Program-made: the position numbers and the translations under genes
Assembly: GCA_965206645.1 (NCBI GenBank)
Contig: CBDBKE010000002.1
Coordinates: forward strand, 288,001-352,000
DNA from: Terriglobia bacterium
Lineage (GTDB): Bacteria; Acidobacteriota; Terriglobia; JAJPHL01; JAPKYU01
Length of the DNA: 64,000 bases
Direction: 5' to 3'
Notes under the pieces: model-generated
What the model saw: the letters and a program-made list of their open reading frames with translations, nothing else
What the model was told of the DNA's origin: nothing
The model's database searches: none
In this document: in pieces, positions 31,992 to 41,766 of the stretch
Position numbering within the stretch: the stretch's first letter is position 1
How the letters are laid out: every line of letters begins with the position of its first letter

Positions 31992-32837
31992 ATGTCAAGC
32001 TCTGTGAAACGAGTCCTCGTGGTTGTCCTGGCGGTTGTAGCGGCGTTCGCTGTGTCAGTTTCACGCCTTCATGCGCAACAAACCTCTATCAATTGCGATA
32101 CCAAGGAGCACGGCCTCCAGCGGCAAATCAATAGTGCGGCGGATGCGGAGATCTTCGTTATCGGGACCTGCGAGGGACCTTTGCGCATTACCAGGAATTT
32201 CACGTTGACCGGTCCCGCAACACTGTCGGCGCCTGGCAGCGAGAGTGTTCTTTTGATAAGTGGGGCTGCTGTGGAACTTCGCGGTCTCACGGTCGATGGC
32301 AGTGGCGCCAATGTGGCGATCAAAGTTGCTAGCGGCTCGGTCAGCCTCAACAACGTGACTGTCCGGAATGCTTCCACCGCAGGTGTGTTTGTCGGAGACA
32401 CGAGCTTTGCCGACATTCGGCAGAGTACGATCAACAGCAACGGCGTGGGAGTGTTCGTGACGAAGAGTTCGAGTGCAAACGTGGTTGAAAATACAATCCA
32501 CAACAATTCTGGCAGTGGGATTGCCATAGATCTGAATAGCTCGGCCAAAGTTCGTGGCAACAAGATCAAAAACAACAAAAACGGACTGTGGGTGACCACG
32601 ATGTCATCCGTTACCATTGGGGGGAACACAATCAAAAATAATTCCGCCAAGGGGGTTTGGGTCGGGCAGCAGTACGCGTACGTCGGAACATTGGGTCCGC
32701 CAAACACCATTCAAAACAACAAGGTCGACGTAGAGTGCGGCAATAGAGGCATCTTTGAGTCCCCGCTAGCGCAGAAAAGCACCACAAAAACCGTAGCGAT
32801 CACCGGTGGTTGCGCAGTCCTTGGCAGAATGTTTTGA
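31992..32837 (+). CDS. Secreted right-handed parallel beta-helix repeat protein
   Basis: Signal peptide; repeated NxIxNN...G(I/L/V) motifs. Confidence 0.82.
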   Translation: MSSSVKRVLVVVLAVVAAFAVSVSRLHAQQTSINCDTKEHGLQRQINSAADAEIFVIGTCEGPLRITRNFTLTGPATLSAPGSESVLLISGAAVELRGLTVDGSGANVAIKVASGSVSLNNVTVRNASTAGVFVGDTSFADIRQSTINSNGVGVFVTKSSSANVVENTIHNNSGSGIAIDLNSSAKVRGNKIKNNKNGLWVTTMSSVTIGGNTIKNNSAKGVWVGQQYAYVGTLGPPNTIQNNKVDVECGNRGIFESPLAQKSTTKTVAITGGCAVLGRMF

Positions 32838-33380
32838 TCTGTATTTGGCCAACGCACGCAGTGGCGCTGTTGACATCTTCGTCGGATGCTGCCGCTTCCT
32901 GCGCACCAGATACGGCTTGACTTCACTACGCTGGGAACACATGATCCCAGGTAAAACACCGGCAGCAGGAGGACCGTCATGAGAAAGATGGGGATATTAT
33001 CAGTCGCTCTCTTCTTGGCAACGTGCTCGATCCCTGCCTGGGCACAGGTCACGTTTGACAAAGTTCAAATCCGGACGAACTTCCTCGAAGCGAAGGAGGG
33101 CGACAAAGGCAAGCTGGTCATCAACAGTGAACGGATTCAGTTTACGAAAAAAGACGCAGTGACCGAATACTTCTCGATACCGGCGAAGGCGGTGACGGAA
33201 GTGCTCTACTCGAGTGTTTCCGGGAGGCGGAAAGGTACGTTCCTGTTGACCAAAGGTCGCAAGCACTACATGGCTCTGTCGTTCAATGACGGCGCGGACC
33301 TGGTTGGTAAGGTCGAGTTCAAGCTCCACAAGAGCAACTACCAAAGTGTGCTTGGGACTGTCGAGGAAGTGACCGGCCGG

Positions 33381-33503
33381 ACCGTGGCATCCCAAGAGGA
33401 GGGCGTGGAGGACACTGAGCAGACCGTCGCATCCCAAGAGGAGAGCGTGAAGGAAACTAAGCAGACCGTCACATCCCAAGAGGGGGGCGTGAAGGACACT
33501 AAG
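33381..33503 (+). repeat. 42-bp coding repeat (TVASQEEGVxDTxQ) x3, continuing after the IS at 35168
   Basis: Visible in DNA and in translation. Confidence 0.85.
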
Positions 33504-35162
33504 CCCGGATTTCCTTTATGAACTATCGGCGGCAACCTTCTGAATGACTCCAACGTCAGTATTGATGCAGGTTCCAGCATCAACATTGCCTTCCGGAGGT
33601 GTACACCGAATGGGTGAGAGCCAAAAACAGGCGTTTCAACTGTCATTCAACCGGTTTCTGCGGGTCACATTTCAGGGATCGCGAATCACTTCCGACGGCG
33701 GTCTGATTGTGGTGCGCGAGTTGGACGAACGTTTGGGGTTCGGCGAACTTATCGAACAGCACTTGATCGACTCTCGGGGGAAGAACACCCGGTTGCCCCT
33801 CGCTGACTTGCTGCGGCAGTCCATCTACAGCCGCTTGGCAGGATACGAAGACGTCAACGACGCCGAGCGGCTTTCCCAAGATCCGACGTTCCGGCTGATC
33901 GGTTCGGAGAAGATCTGGGAACGTGGCGCAGCCCTGACTTCCCGGTTACAGTCGTTCGAGACAGAACTGCTGACGCAAGACGAGAACCTTGCTGGTTTGG
34001 CAGCGATCAACCGGGATTTGATCGCCAGGGCGGAAGCTATGGATGCGCCGCGCCGGGTGGTGCTGGACATGGACAGCACCGAGATCCCGGTCTACGGCGA
34101 ACAGGAGCAGAGCGCCTACAACGGGCATTTCGAGTCGAGTTGCTATCACCCGTTGTTGCTGTTCAGTCGCGAGGGTGACTGTCTGGCGGCCAAGCTGCGA
34201 CCCGGCAACGTGCACAGCGCCGAGGATTGGGAAGAACTTCTCCTGCCAGAGATCGAACGGCAGCAGAAGCTGGGCAAGGAAGTGGTGTTTCGCGCCGACG
34301 CCGCCTTCGCCAAGCCGGAGATCTACGACGCACTGGAGGAGCGGGACGTGAAGTATGCGATTCGCGTCCCGGCCAACGACAGTCTGGAGAGGGACATCGC
34401 GGAGTTGTTGACGCGGTCAGTGGGGCGACCGAGCCACAAGCCGGTGGTCTGGTACAAGAGCTTTCTCTACCAGGCAGCCAGTTGGAAAAAGGCGCGGCGG
34501 GTGGTGGCGAAGGTGGAGTTCCACTTTGGCGAACTGTTCCCTCGCGTGGAGTTCATCGTCACCAATCTGGAGACCGACAGCCGGGCGGTGGTCCGGTTCT
34601 ACAACAAGCGGGGCACCGCAGAGCAATGGATCAAGGAAGGCAAGCAGGCGGTAAAGATGACCCGGCTGAGTTGCCATCGGTTTCGGTCGAACGAGGTGCG
34701 CCTATGGCTGAGCCTGATCGCCTACAACTTGGGAAACCTGTGGCGGCGGCTGGTGCTACCGAAGAGGATCAACAACTGGTCGCTGACGAGTTTGCAGCAG
34801 CGGCTGGTGAAAACGGGAGGACGGCTGGTGAAACATGCGCGATATTACTGGCTTTTGCTGGCCGAAGGGCACTTGAGCCGGAGGCTGTTCAGCAGCATGC
34901 TGCGAACAATCTCGGCACTGCCGCTGCCAGACGGCTAGCGAACCGGGAGAGAGGGTAATTTTAGGTGCTCAGAAGTGGTCGGGCCGGATAAGTGTCAGCG
35001 GCGAGGCAGGCTGGGCAGGCGAAACCCGCACAGCGACTCCGAAGAACAGCCAAAATGTGCCGCACTACCACCTCAAAGAGGCCCGGGCGATTTGCGATTG
35101 ACACGACAGGGTAAGAGGCATAGGTTTTCGGGTGAAGGGGAAGCTCAAAATGGAAATTCCGG
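33504..35162 (+). mobile_element. IS1380-family insertion sequence, copy 2 (1659 bp)
   Basis: Same termini as copy 1; CTAAG duplication at 33499-33503 and 35163-35167. Confidence 0.95.
33610..34938 (+). CDS. IS1380-family transposase
   Basis: Near-identical to copy 1. Confidence 0.95.
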   Translation: MGESQKQAFQLSFNRFLRVTFQGSRITSDGGLIVVRELDERLGFGELIEQHLIDSRGKNTRLPLADLLRQSIYSRLAGYEDVNDAERLSQDPTFRLIGSEKIWERGAALTSRLQSFETELLTQDENLAGLAAINRDLIARAEAMDAPRRVVLDMDSTEIPVYGEQEQSAYNGHFESSCYHPLLLFSREGDCLAAKLRPGNVHSAEDWEELLLPEIERQQKLGKEVVFRADAAFAKPEIYDALEERDVKYAIRVPANDSLERDIAELLTRSVGRPSHKPVVWYKSFLYQAASWKKARRVVAKVEFHFGELFPRVEFIVTNLETDSRAVVRFYNKRGTAEQWIKEGKQAVKMTRLSCHRFRSNEVRLWLSLIAYNLGNLWRRLVLPKRINNWSLTSLQQRLVKTGGRLVKHARYYWLLLAEGHLSRRLFSSMLRTISALPLPDG

Positions 35163-35321
35163 CTAAGCAGACCCTCGCATCCCAAGAGGACGACAGATCC
35201 GGAGACATGCAAGGTGTCCTGAAGTTAACTTGCGACCCTGCTTGGCTTGAAGTCCGGATCGACGGAATCTACGGAGGAGTCTGTGACCAGACCGATTTTT
35301 TGTACCAACCGTAGTGAGAGT

Positions 35322-36270
35322 TTACATCGCAGCCTGGGGCTGTGAAACTGGTTTCAGTGGCAGGGGAGGGCTATAGGCCCCCGGCGCCGGGGGCCTATAG
35401 CCGAGCGCCGAGTGCGGCCGCACCGTGTTGTATTGCACCCTCCACTGTTCAATCACCACCTGTGCCTCCTTAGGCCCCCGGCGCCGGGGGCCTATAGCCG
35501 AGCGCCGAGTGCGGCCGCACCGTGTTGTATTGCACCCTCCACAACGAGTAGAAGATCTCTCCATTCAGGCATTCGTCCCGCAGCTTCCCATTGAAACTCT
35601 CGCAGTACCCGTTCTCCCAGGGACTGCCCGGTTCGATGTACAGTGTCCCGGTCCCTAGATTTGCCAACCACTGGCGCAGTTGTTTGGCGATGAACTCGGG
35701 ACCATTGTCGGATCGAATCTGTTCCGGTATCCCTCGCCACAACATCACGTCCGACAACGCCTCAATGATTTGTTGGCTGCCCATCCTCCGCTCCACCCGG
35801 ATCGCCAGGCATTCCCGCGTGTACTCATCCAGCAAGGTCAGCAGCCGCAGCGTTCTCCCCTCGTGCGTTCTGGCACTCATGAAGTCGTAGCTCCACACGT
35901 GGTTCGGTCGCTCCGGCCTCAGTCGTACACAGGAACCGTCGTTCAGCCACAGCCGTCCTCGCGGCCTTTGTTTTTGCGGCACTTTTAGCCCTTCCCGCCG
36001 CCAAATCCGCTGCACCCGGTCCTTGCCCACTTCCCAGCCCGCACTCCGCAGCAACGCTGTGATCCTCCGGTAGCCATATCGCCCGTACTTCGCTCCCAGG
36101 GCAATGATCGCTCGGGTCAGAGCATCCTCGTCCACCCGATGAATCGGCTCGTATCGTTGTGTCCCTCGCCATTGCCCCAGCAGCCGGCAGGCATGCCGTT
36201 CCGACAACCCGTGTTGCTCCCACGCACGCTCCACCGCACAACGCCGCCGCTCAGGGCTCAGAAGTTTCCC
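35322..36270 (-). pseudogene. IS3 transposase OrfB (DDE core), C-terminus disrupted by a 70-bp internal duplication
   Basis: WSYDF, RSDNGPEF, PWENGYCESFNGKLRDECLN; premature stop at 35470. Confidence 0.8.
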
Positions 36271-36536
36271 TGTGCCACATCCCGCAGCACCTGCTTCTCC
36301 AGAGAAAGCTCCGCTACCAACCGCTTCAGCCGCGTGTTTTCCTTCTCCAACTCCTTTAGCCGTTTTGCCTGCACCACCTTCAGCCCGCCGTATTCCTTCC
36401 GCCACCGGTAGTAGGTTTGGGTGTGGATTCCAGCTTCTTTGCAGGCTTGGGGCGCAGTCTTCCCGTTCCCCATCTGCACTTCTATCTGCCGTAGCACCGC
36501 TACAATCTGCTCCGGCTTGTAACTCCTTGTCGGCAT
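36258..36536 (-). CDS. IS3 transposase OrfA (HTH)
   Basis: QTYYRWRKEYGG, LKELEKENTRLKRLV; ends over slippery G GGA AAC. Confidence 0.9.
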   Translation of the reverse strand: MPTRSYKPEQIVAVLRQIEVQMGNGKTAPQACKEAGIHTQTYYRWRKEYGGLKVVQAKRLKELEKENTRLKRLVAELSLEKQVLRDVAQGNF

Positions 36537-36768
36537 GACCTCACTTCCTCCTCAAGTGGATTCTCTCTCTTTCCACTTGGTACAAAAAGTGCCGGTCAGG
36601 TCATCTGTCCACAGTCCAGAGCATTGGCACCGGGCCAGTACAAGGTCAAGCTGCAAAAGTATGGTTTCAAGGATTGGGAGCGCACGATTGCAATCAAGGC
36701 TGGTGAAACGTTGGAGGTTCGCGTGGAGATGGAGGAGAGCAAGTATTGAAACGAGTGGGCGGCCTGGG

Positions 36769-37245
36769 TTACTCGGGGCGAATCTTGATGAACCATCGAA
36801 TACTGCGGGCTACCTCCTCAAATCCTTCAGTGCGATAGAGCGTGTTCCCAACATGGTTCTCAACCAAGCAGTCCAGGTAGGCGTGCTCAGCGCCACGATC
36901 CAAAAAGGTACCGAGCATAGCGTTCAACAGCCGTCGCCCATGGCCTTTGCCCTGAGCCTTGGGATCGATGGCCAAAAGGTCCACATAGCCCAGTCGAAGT
37001 TCGGGGTCGATGGTCCCACTGGAGAATCCCACGATCTCCCCGTTGGTTTCGCCCAGCAGGATGATTTGGGTCTCGAAGATCCTCTGCATCCGTAGCCTCC
37101 AGTGGTCCTTCCAGTCCTTACCGTTCAAGGAGCCAAACTTCTCGTCAACAAGGCGGAACCAAGTAATGGACTCGAAGCTGCTGATGGCTATCTCTTCAAC
37201 GCGCGGATGATCAGCGGGTGTGGCAAAACGAAAAGTTAGAGGCAT
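36769..37245 (-). CDS. GNAT family N-acetyltransferase
   Basis: LAIDPKAQGKGHGRRLL motif A; LYRTEGF. Confidence 0.9.
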   Translation of the reverse strand: MPLTFRFATPADHPRVEEIAISSFESITWFRLVDEKFGSLNGKDWKDHWRLRMQRIFETQIILLGETNGEIVGFSSGTIDPELRLGYVDLLAIDPKAQGKGHGRRLLNAMLGTFLDRGAEHAYLDCLVENHVGNTLYRTEGFEEVARSIRWFIKIRPE

Positions 37246-37450
37246 GAGCAGGTCGCCCTCTCTGAATCATGTGTGTTCGCCGGTAGGCCGTGATAGGCCA
37301 TGATCCCCATGTTCAGAACCAGGCAGCACACAATAGGGAGCATTTGAATTGTAATACGGTGACGGCTAATTCCTACTACCGCCTCATAGCACCGCTAGCC
37401 AGAACGCAGCCCACTACCCCGGGAAAGCACTACTTCAGCAGGTTAGGGCA

Positions 37451-38164
37451 CTAGTCGAGGCGTACCACGAAAACGGAGAGGCGGTCCTGCCGGAGCCGTC
37501 CGGCGATCAAAGCGGCTCGTTGCTCGCTGGGCTCATTGCCCACCCAAACGCGGTAGCGGTGCCCGCTGGGGGTCGGGTTCAGGAGCACCGGATACTGGGG
37601 ATAGCTGCGGGCGAGCCGGTCGCGCAATCGGTCGGCATTGCGCCTGTCGGCAAAGGCGCCCACCTGGACAGTGTAGCGGCCGTTGCGAGTCCTCGCGCCA
37701 CCTTCAATACCGGCGGAGGAAGTGGCGCCGTTCCCCGGAACGCGAAGGATTTTTACCCGTACCAGGGCCGTCCCGGGGCCAACCAGACGGATGGCTTTGG
37801 CAGCCTTCAGCGACAGGTCAATGATGCGACCGTCCACAAACGGGCCGCGATCGTTGATGCGCACCTGCACCTTCCGCTCATTCTCCCTGTTGGTCACTTC
37901 CACCTCGGTGCCGAAGGGCAGGGTGCGATGGGCAGCCGTCAGCTTGTGCATGTCGTAAGTTTCGCCGCTGGAAGTCCGCCGGCCGTGGTAGGGATGGCCG
38001 TACCAACTGGCGTACCCGTACTCGAAGTCTCCTGGTTGCACCGCGACAGGGGAAGGAAGTCGCGGCGCGCGTTTCCCGGCACTTCGTTTCTTGCCACACC
38101 CGGCGGCGCCCACCACCAGCACCAGCGCCGCGACCAGGATCAGCCGAGCGTGCCGAGAATCCAT
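37451..38164 (-). CDS. rlpA: Septal ring lytic transglycosylase RlpA-family lipoprotein with SPOR domain
   Basis: Lipobox AAGC; GYASWYG, TAAHRTLPFGT, RINDRGPF, VQVGAF. Confidence 0.92.
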   Translation of the reverse strand: MDSRHARLILVAALVLVVGAAGCGKKRSAGKRAPRLPSPVAVQPGDFEYGYASWYGHPYHGRRTSSGETYDMHKLTAAHRTLPFGTEVEVTNRENERKVQVRINDRGPFVDGRIIDLSLKAAKAIRLVGPGTALVRVKILRVPGNGATSSAGIEGGARTRNGRYTVQVGAFADRRNADRLRDRLARSYPQYPVLLNPTPSGHRYRVWVGNEPSEQRAALIAGRLRQDRLSVFVVRLD

Positions 38165-38252
38165 GGCTTATTGAAACACACTCTGCAGCGGATTCCGGGA
38201 CGGGCCATTCGGCGAGCACGGTACTATAACGGTACTATAATGGAATCGGCCG

Positions 38253-39173
38253 ATGCCTCTCTCGCCCCACATGAAGTGGAAACTGGAGCGGTACCGCCGC
38301 TCGTTGAGGGACCGGTTGGACAGGCTCAGCTGGCTCTTTAAGACCAGCATGGTGAAGCAGAAGGTTTGCCCGGCCTGTCGCGCCTTGGTGAGTGCGAAGG
38401 AGTCGCGGTGCCCGTACTGCAACGAGTCGCTGTCAGCCCTCCATCGGGCTGGCATCCGACGCTTGCTCGCCGGGTTGGTGCCCGAAAGAGCTCGCTACAC
38501 TACGCTGCTGCTTGGGGCGAACTTTTTCCTGTTCGGGATTGCCCTGCTGGCGGCGGCCCGCAGCGGCGTCGGTCTGGAGGCACTGTGGAGCATGCCCGGT
38601 CGGACGCTGGTGGAGTTGGGCGCACGCGACTACCACGTTGTAGAAGGTGAGTGGTGGCGTCTGGCGACCGCTGTCTTCCTTCATGGCAATCTGATCCACC
38701 TGTTGTTTAACACCCTGGTTCTGTTCGACCTCGGCCCAGCCGTTGAGGAAATGTACGGCACCGCCCGCTACCTGGTGCTCTACTTTCTGGCGGGCATTGC
38801 CGGCAGTCTGGCCAGCTTGCTGTGGCACCCGTTTGCCGTCTCGGTTGGCGCATCAGGCGCCCTGTTTGGCTTGATTGGCGTGATGATCGCCTACGGCTAC
38901 CGGCACCGTACGGCTCTCGGCGCGCAGGTCAAAACGATGTACATGCGCTGGGCCATCTACGGTCTAGTTTTCGGATTCTTCATTCCCGGAATTGACAACG
39001 CCGCCCACATCGGCGGGCTGCTGGCAGGCCTAGTGTTCGGCGCGCTGGTTAGCGACACTCCCTCGTTCCAACGCACCTCCATTCTGGCCTGGCGGTTTGC
39101 CAGTTACACCGTGCTGCTGATGATTGCCATTTCGTTCCTGCTGGTCGGTTGGAACTTCGGCCGGCTGGGCTAG
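38253..39173 (+). CDS. Rhomboid intramembrane serine protease with N-terminal zinc ribbon
   Basis: CPAC/CPYC; WWRL, HLLFN, GASG, AHIGG. Confidence 0.92.
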   Translation: MPLSPHMKWKLERYRRSLRDRLDRLSWLFKTSMVKQKVCPACRALVSAKESRCPYCNESLSALHRAGIRRLLAGLVPERARYTTLLLGANFFLFGIALLAAARSGVGLEALWSMPGRTLVELGARDYHVVEGEWWRLATAVFLHGNLIHLLFNTLVLFDLGPAVEEMYGTARYLVLYFLAGIAGSLASLLWHPFAVSVGASGALFGLIGVMIAYGYRHRTALGAQVKTMYMRWAIYGLVFGFFIPGIDNAAHIGGLLAGLVFGALVSDTPSFQRTSILAWRFASYTVLLMIAISFLLVGWNFGRLG

Positions 39174-39207
39174 CCGGATTTCCCACGTTCGCCAACTGAC
39201 TCGGGGT

Positions 39208-40002
39208 TCAAGGCTTCTCCCTGCCCGACCGGTGCGGATCCCCGGAGACTACATCCTCGTGCGGCGGATTGTATCTCCCCCGGAAGTCCATCCAACGAAT
39301 GCGCCACAGGTCGGCAAACATCCGCGCGCTGGCACTGAACATGGGAACTTTGGTGTCTTGATCATGGCTCCAGAGAACCGGCACCTCTGCAACCTGGTAT
39401 CCAAACTTGCGTGCCAGGTAGAGCACTTCTACGTCGAAGCCAAAGCCATCAATTTGCTGGCGGCTGAAGACGGCGCGCGCTGCCTCGCGCCGGAGCAACT
39501 TGAAACCGCACTGGGTATCCCGGAAAGGAAGTCCGGTAAACGCCCGCACGAGCAGATTAAAAATCCGTCCCGCCGTTTCGCGCATCCGTGACTGGTGCAC
39601 CACGATCAGCTCGGGCCGCAGGGCGCGGGAGCCAATCGCGACGTCGTGGCCGGCTTCGAGCGCCGCCAGCAGCCGGTCAGCTTCCTCGATGGGCGCGGCC
39701 AGGTCGGCGTCGGTAAACAGCGCAACCCGTCCGGCCGCTTCCAGCATTCCGTGGCGCACGCTGTAGCCCTTGCCGCGGTTGCCAGGATTACGCAGCAAGC
39801 GGACGGCCGACCAGTTCGCGGCCGCACGCGTTGCCGCCGCCGCAGTGCCGTCGTGTGAGCCATCGTCCACCACCAGCACCTCCACCGGGAAACTCTTCGA
39901 GGCTGCATAGGCGCCGATGGACTCCAGCGCCCGCGGCAGCCGGGTTTCTTCGTTGTATGCCGGGATGACGATGCTGAGAAAGGGTTCAGGCGATCGGGCC
40001 AA
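39208..40002 (-). CDS. Glycosyltransferase family 2 (dolichyl-phosphate glucosyltransferase-like)
   Basis: IVIPAYNE, VDDGS, DAD, DTQCGFK, FGFDVE. Confidence 0.9.
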   Translation of the reverse strand: MARSPEPFLSIVIPAYNEETRLPRALESIGAYAASKSFPVEVLVVDDGSHDGTAAAATRAAANWSAVRLLRNPGNRGKGYSVRHGMLEAAGRVALFTDADLAAPIEEADRLLAALEAGHDVAIGSRALRPELIVVHQSRMRETAGRIFNLLVRAFTGLPFRDTQCGFKLLRREAARAVFSRQQIDGFGFDVEVLYLARKFGYQVAEVPVLWSHDQDTKVPMFSASARMFADLWRIRWMDFRGRYNPPHEDVVSGDPHRSGREKP

Positions 40003-40080
40003 TCAAGACTCCCCCCGCATTATAGCGCCATGCGCTCAGGCACCCTGGCACCGAGCATGGATTTCCTATAACCTGTTGCC

Positions 40081-40302
40081 ATGACCTGCTGTACGGAGAT
40101 GGAGGACGCCCTGGACCGCGAATTCCTGGCGCACGGCTCGATCCAGCGCCTGCCGGGAGGGCGGGTGCTCAATGAAATCGATTCGGAGTACTTCCTGCGC
40201 AACGCCGAGGCGGGCCGCGTCTCTTACATGGCGGTCAATTACTGCCCGTTCTGCGGCCGAGCAATCTCGCGCGGCCTGTGGATCGCGGAAAAGAAAAAGT
40301 AG
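40081..40302 (+). CDS. Small hypothetical protein with CC and CPFCG motifs (possible zinc binding)
   Basis: MTCC...NYCPFCG; fills the gap between two genes. Confidence 0.65.
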   Translation: MTCCTEMEDALDREFLAHGSIQRLPGGRVLNEIDSEYFLRNAEAGRVSYMAVNYCPFCGRAISRGLWIAEKKK

Positions 40303-40382
40303 CGGCAGCCTTTTCTCCTTTCTGGTGTCCAGTGGTTGTAGCGCCGGGATTGTAGCCAGAGGACGCGGCCTGCTTTGGGCAA

Positions 40383-40910
40383 TTACGCCCCGGTGGTCAG
40401 TTCCCGGAAGAAAACAAGCAGGTTGGGATCACCCCAGTCGGCGGGACCAACCAGCTTCCGCAGCAGCCGCCCCTGCCGGTCCAGGATGTAGGTTTCCGGG
40501 TACATATAGGTCTGGTAAAGGGTGGGGACCTGGCGGCCGGGGTCGCGCAGGATGATCATCTCCAGTTGATGGTCGGCCACGAACCGGCGCAAGGCTCGCT
40601 CATCATCGTCCACGCTGACCGCCACCACCACCACTCCACGGGAAGCAAAAATCCGCGCGAAGCGGTTGAGCGAAGGCATCTCCTCGACACACGGAGGGCA
40701 CCAGGTGGCCCAGAAATTCAACACCACCACCTTGCCCCGGTACTTCGAGAGCCGAACCACTTGCCCTTGGAGGTCCGAAAGCTCGAAGTCCGGTGCAACT
40801 TTTCCCACTGCCGGCGGAGCATCGCCGGGATTCAGGATGGCGAAGATGAACGCGACGACCAACACCACCAGGAGTGCGCGTGCCACAGTTTGGGGCTGCA
40901 AAGAAATCAT
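40383..40910 (-). CDS. TlpA/ResA-like thiol-disulfide oxidoreductase
   Basis: N-terminal TM segment; [10 protein letters not shown]; YPETY. Confidence 0.92.
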   Translation of the reverse strand: MISLQPQTVARALLVVLVVAFIFAILNPGDAPPAVGKVAPDFELSDLQGQVVRLSKYRGKVVVLNFWATWCPPCVEEMPSLNRFARIFASRGVVVVAVSVDDDERALRRFVADHQLEMIILRDPGRQVPTLYQTYMYPETYILDRQGRLLRKLVGPADWGDPNLLVFFRELTTGA

Positions 40911-41071
40911 GTCCCGTCGAATGCGCTCTGCCCGACCTGCGGGCGATCTATGCCGTATATGATGATAAGCTCGGAGTCCCCACTCAGTTTACAACAGGAA
41001 GGAAAGGGACTGGGATGCAGCGGTCGCTGCAGCCGGGACGCCCAGGGCCGGGGCGGCGAAATGAGACATCC

Positions 41072-41695
41072 ATGACGAACTCCGCAGTGAAAACACCGGC
41101 CGGGAGCTCGGCTACCGGGGCCACTCCCGACACTCAGCCGTTGCAGGACTTGGTGCGCGAACTGCTGATCCGGCTGGGAGAAGACCCGGAGCGGGACGGC
41201 CTACGGGACACACCCAGACGCGTCGAGCAGGCGCTGCGCTTCCTCACCGGGGGATACCGGAAGAGCCTGGAGGATACGCTGAACGGAGCGCTGTATAGCG
41301 TCACCTACGACGAAATGGTCATCGTGAAGGACATCGAGGTGTTCAGCCTGTGCGAACACCACCTGCTGCCTTTCTTTGGCAAGGTCCATGTGGCCTACAT
41401 CCCCAACAAGAAGGTGATCGGGTTGAGCAAGATCCCCCGCCTGGTAGACATTTTTGCCCAACGTCTCCAAATTCAGGAGCGGCTTACCATGCAGATTGCG
41501 CAGGCCATCGAAGAAAAAATCCAGCCGCAAGGGGTGGGGGTGGTGATGGAAGCACGCCACCTTTGCATGATGATGCGCGGCGTGGAAAAGCAGCATTCCC
41601 AGGCCGTCACCAGCGCCATGCTCGGCTCGTTCCGGGCACAGAAGCAGACCCGGGACGAGTTCCTGGTCCTGGTCCAGCGCGGCAACAATAGCTGA
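41072..41695 (+). CDS. folE: GTP cyclohydrolase I
   Basis: [31 protein letters not shown]. Confidence 0.96.
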   Translation: MTNSAVKTPAGSSATGATPDTQPLQDLVRELLIRLGEDPERDGLRDTPRRVEQALRFLTGGYRKSLEDTLNGALYSVTYDEMVIVKDIEVFSLCEHHLLPFFGKVHVAYIPNKKVIGLSKIPRLVDIFAQRLQIQERLTMQIAQAIEEKIQPQGVGVVMEARHLCMMMRGVEKQHSQAVTSAMLGSFRAQKQTRDEFLVLVQRGNNS

Positions 41696-41766
41696 GTGCG
41701 CCGAGCCCGCAAGGGGCTGTCACACACCAGCGGCAGAAAGTTAGTACCGCGATCGGCTAATTCCTT

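Larger units (their letters stand above)
35284..36603 (-). mobile_element. IS3-family insertion sequence
   Basis: TG...CA ends with imperfect IR (TGACCAGACCGATTTTTTGTACCAA vs TGACCTGACCGGCACTTTTTGTACCAA); TCTG duplication at 35280-35283 and 36604-36607. Confidence 0.93.
32979..36749 (+). pseudogene. Secreted PEGA-domain protein interrupted by IS1380 (33504-35162) and IS3 (35284-36603)
   Basis: Removing both IS and one copy of each duplication gives ...VKDTKQTLASQEDD...EVRIDGIYGGVCPQSRALAPGQYKVKLQKYGFKDWERTIAIKAGETLEV...*. Confidence 0.85.

Noticed and set aside
26663-35162. Composite transposon bounded by two IS1380 copies
   Set aside because: Each copy has its own duplication and copy 2 splits a gene that continues beyond it, so these are independent insertions
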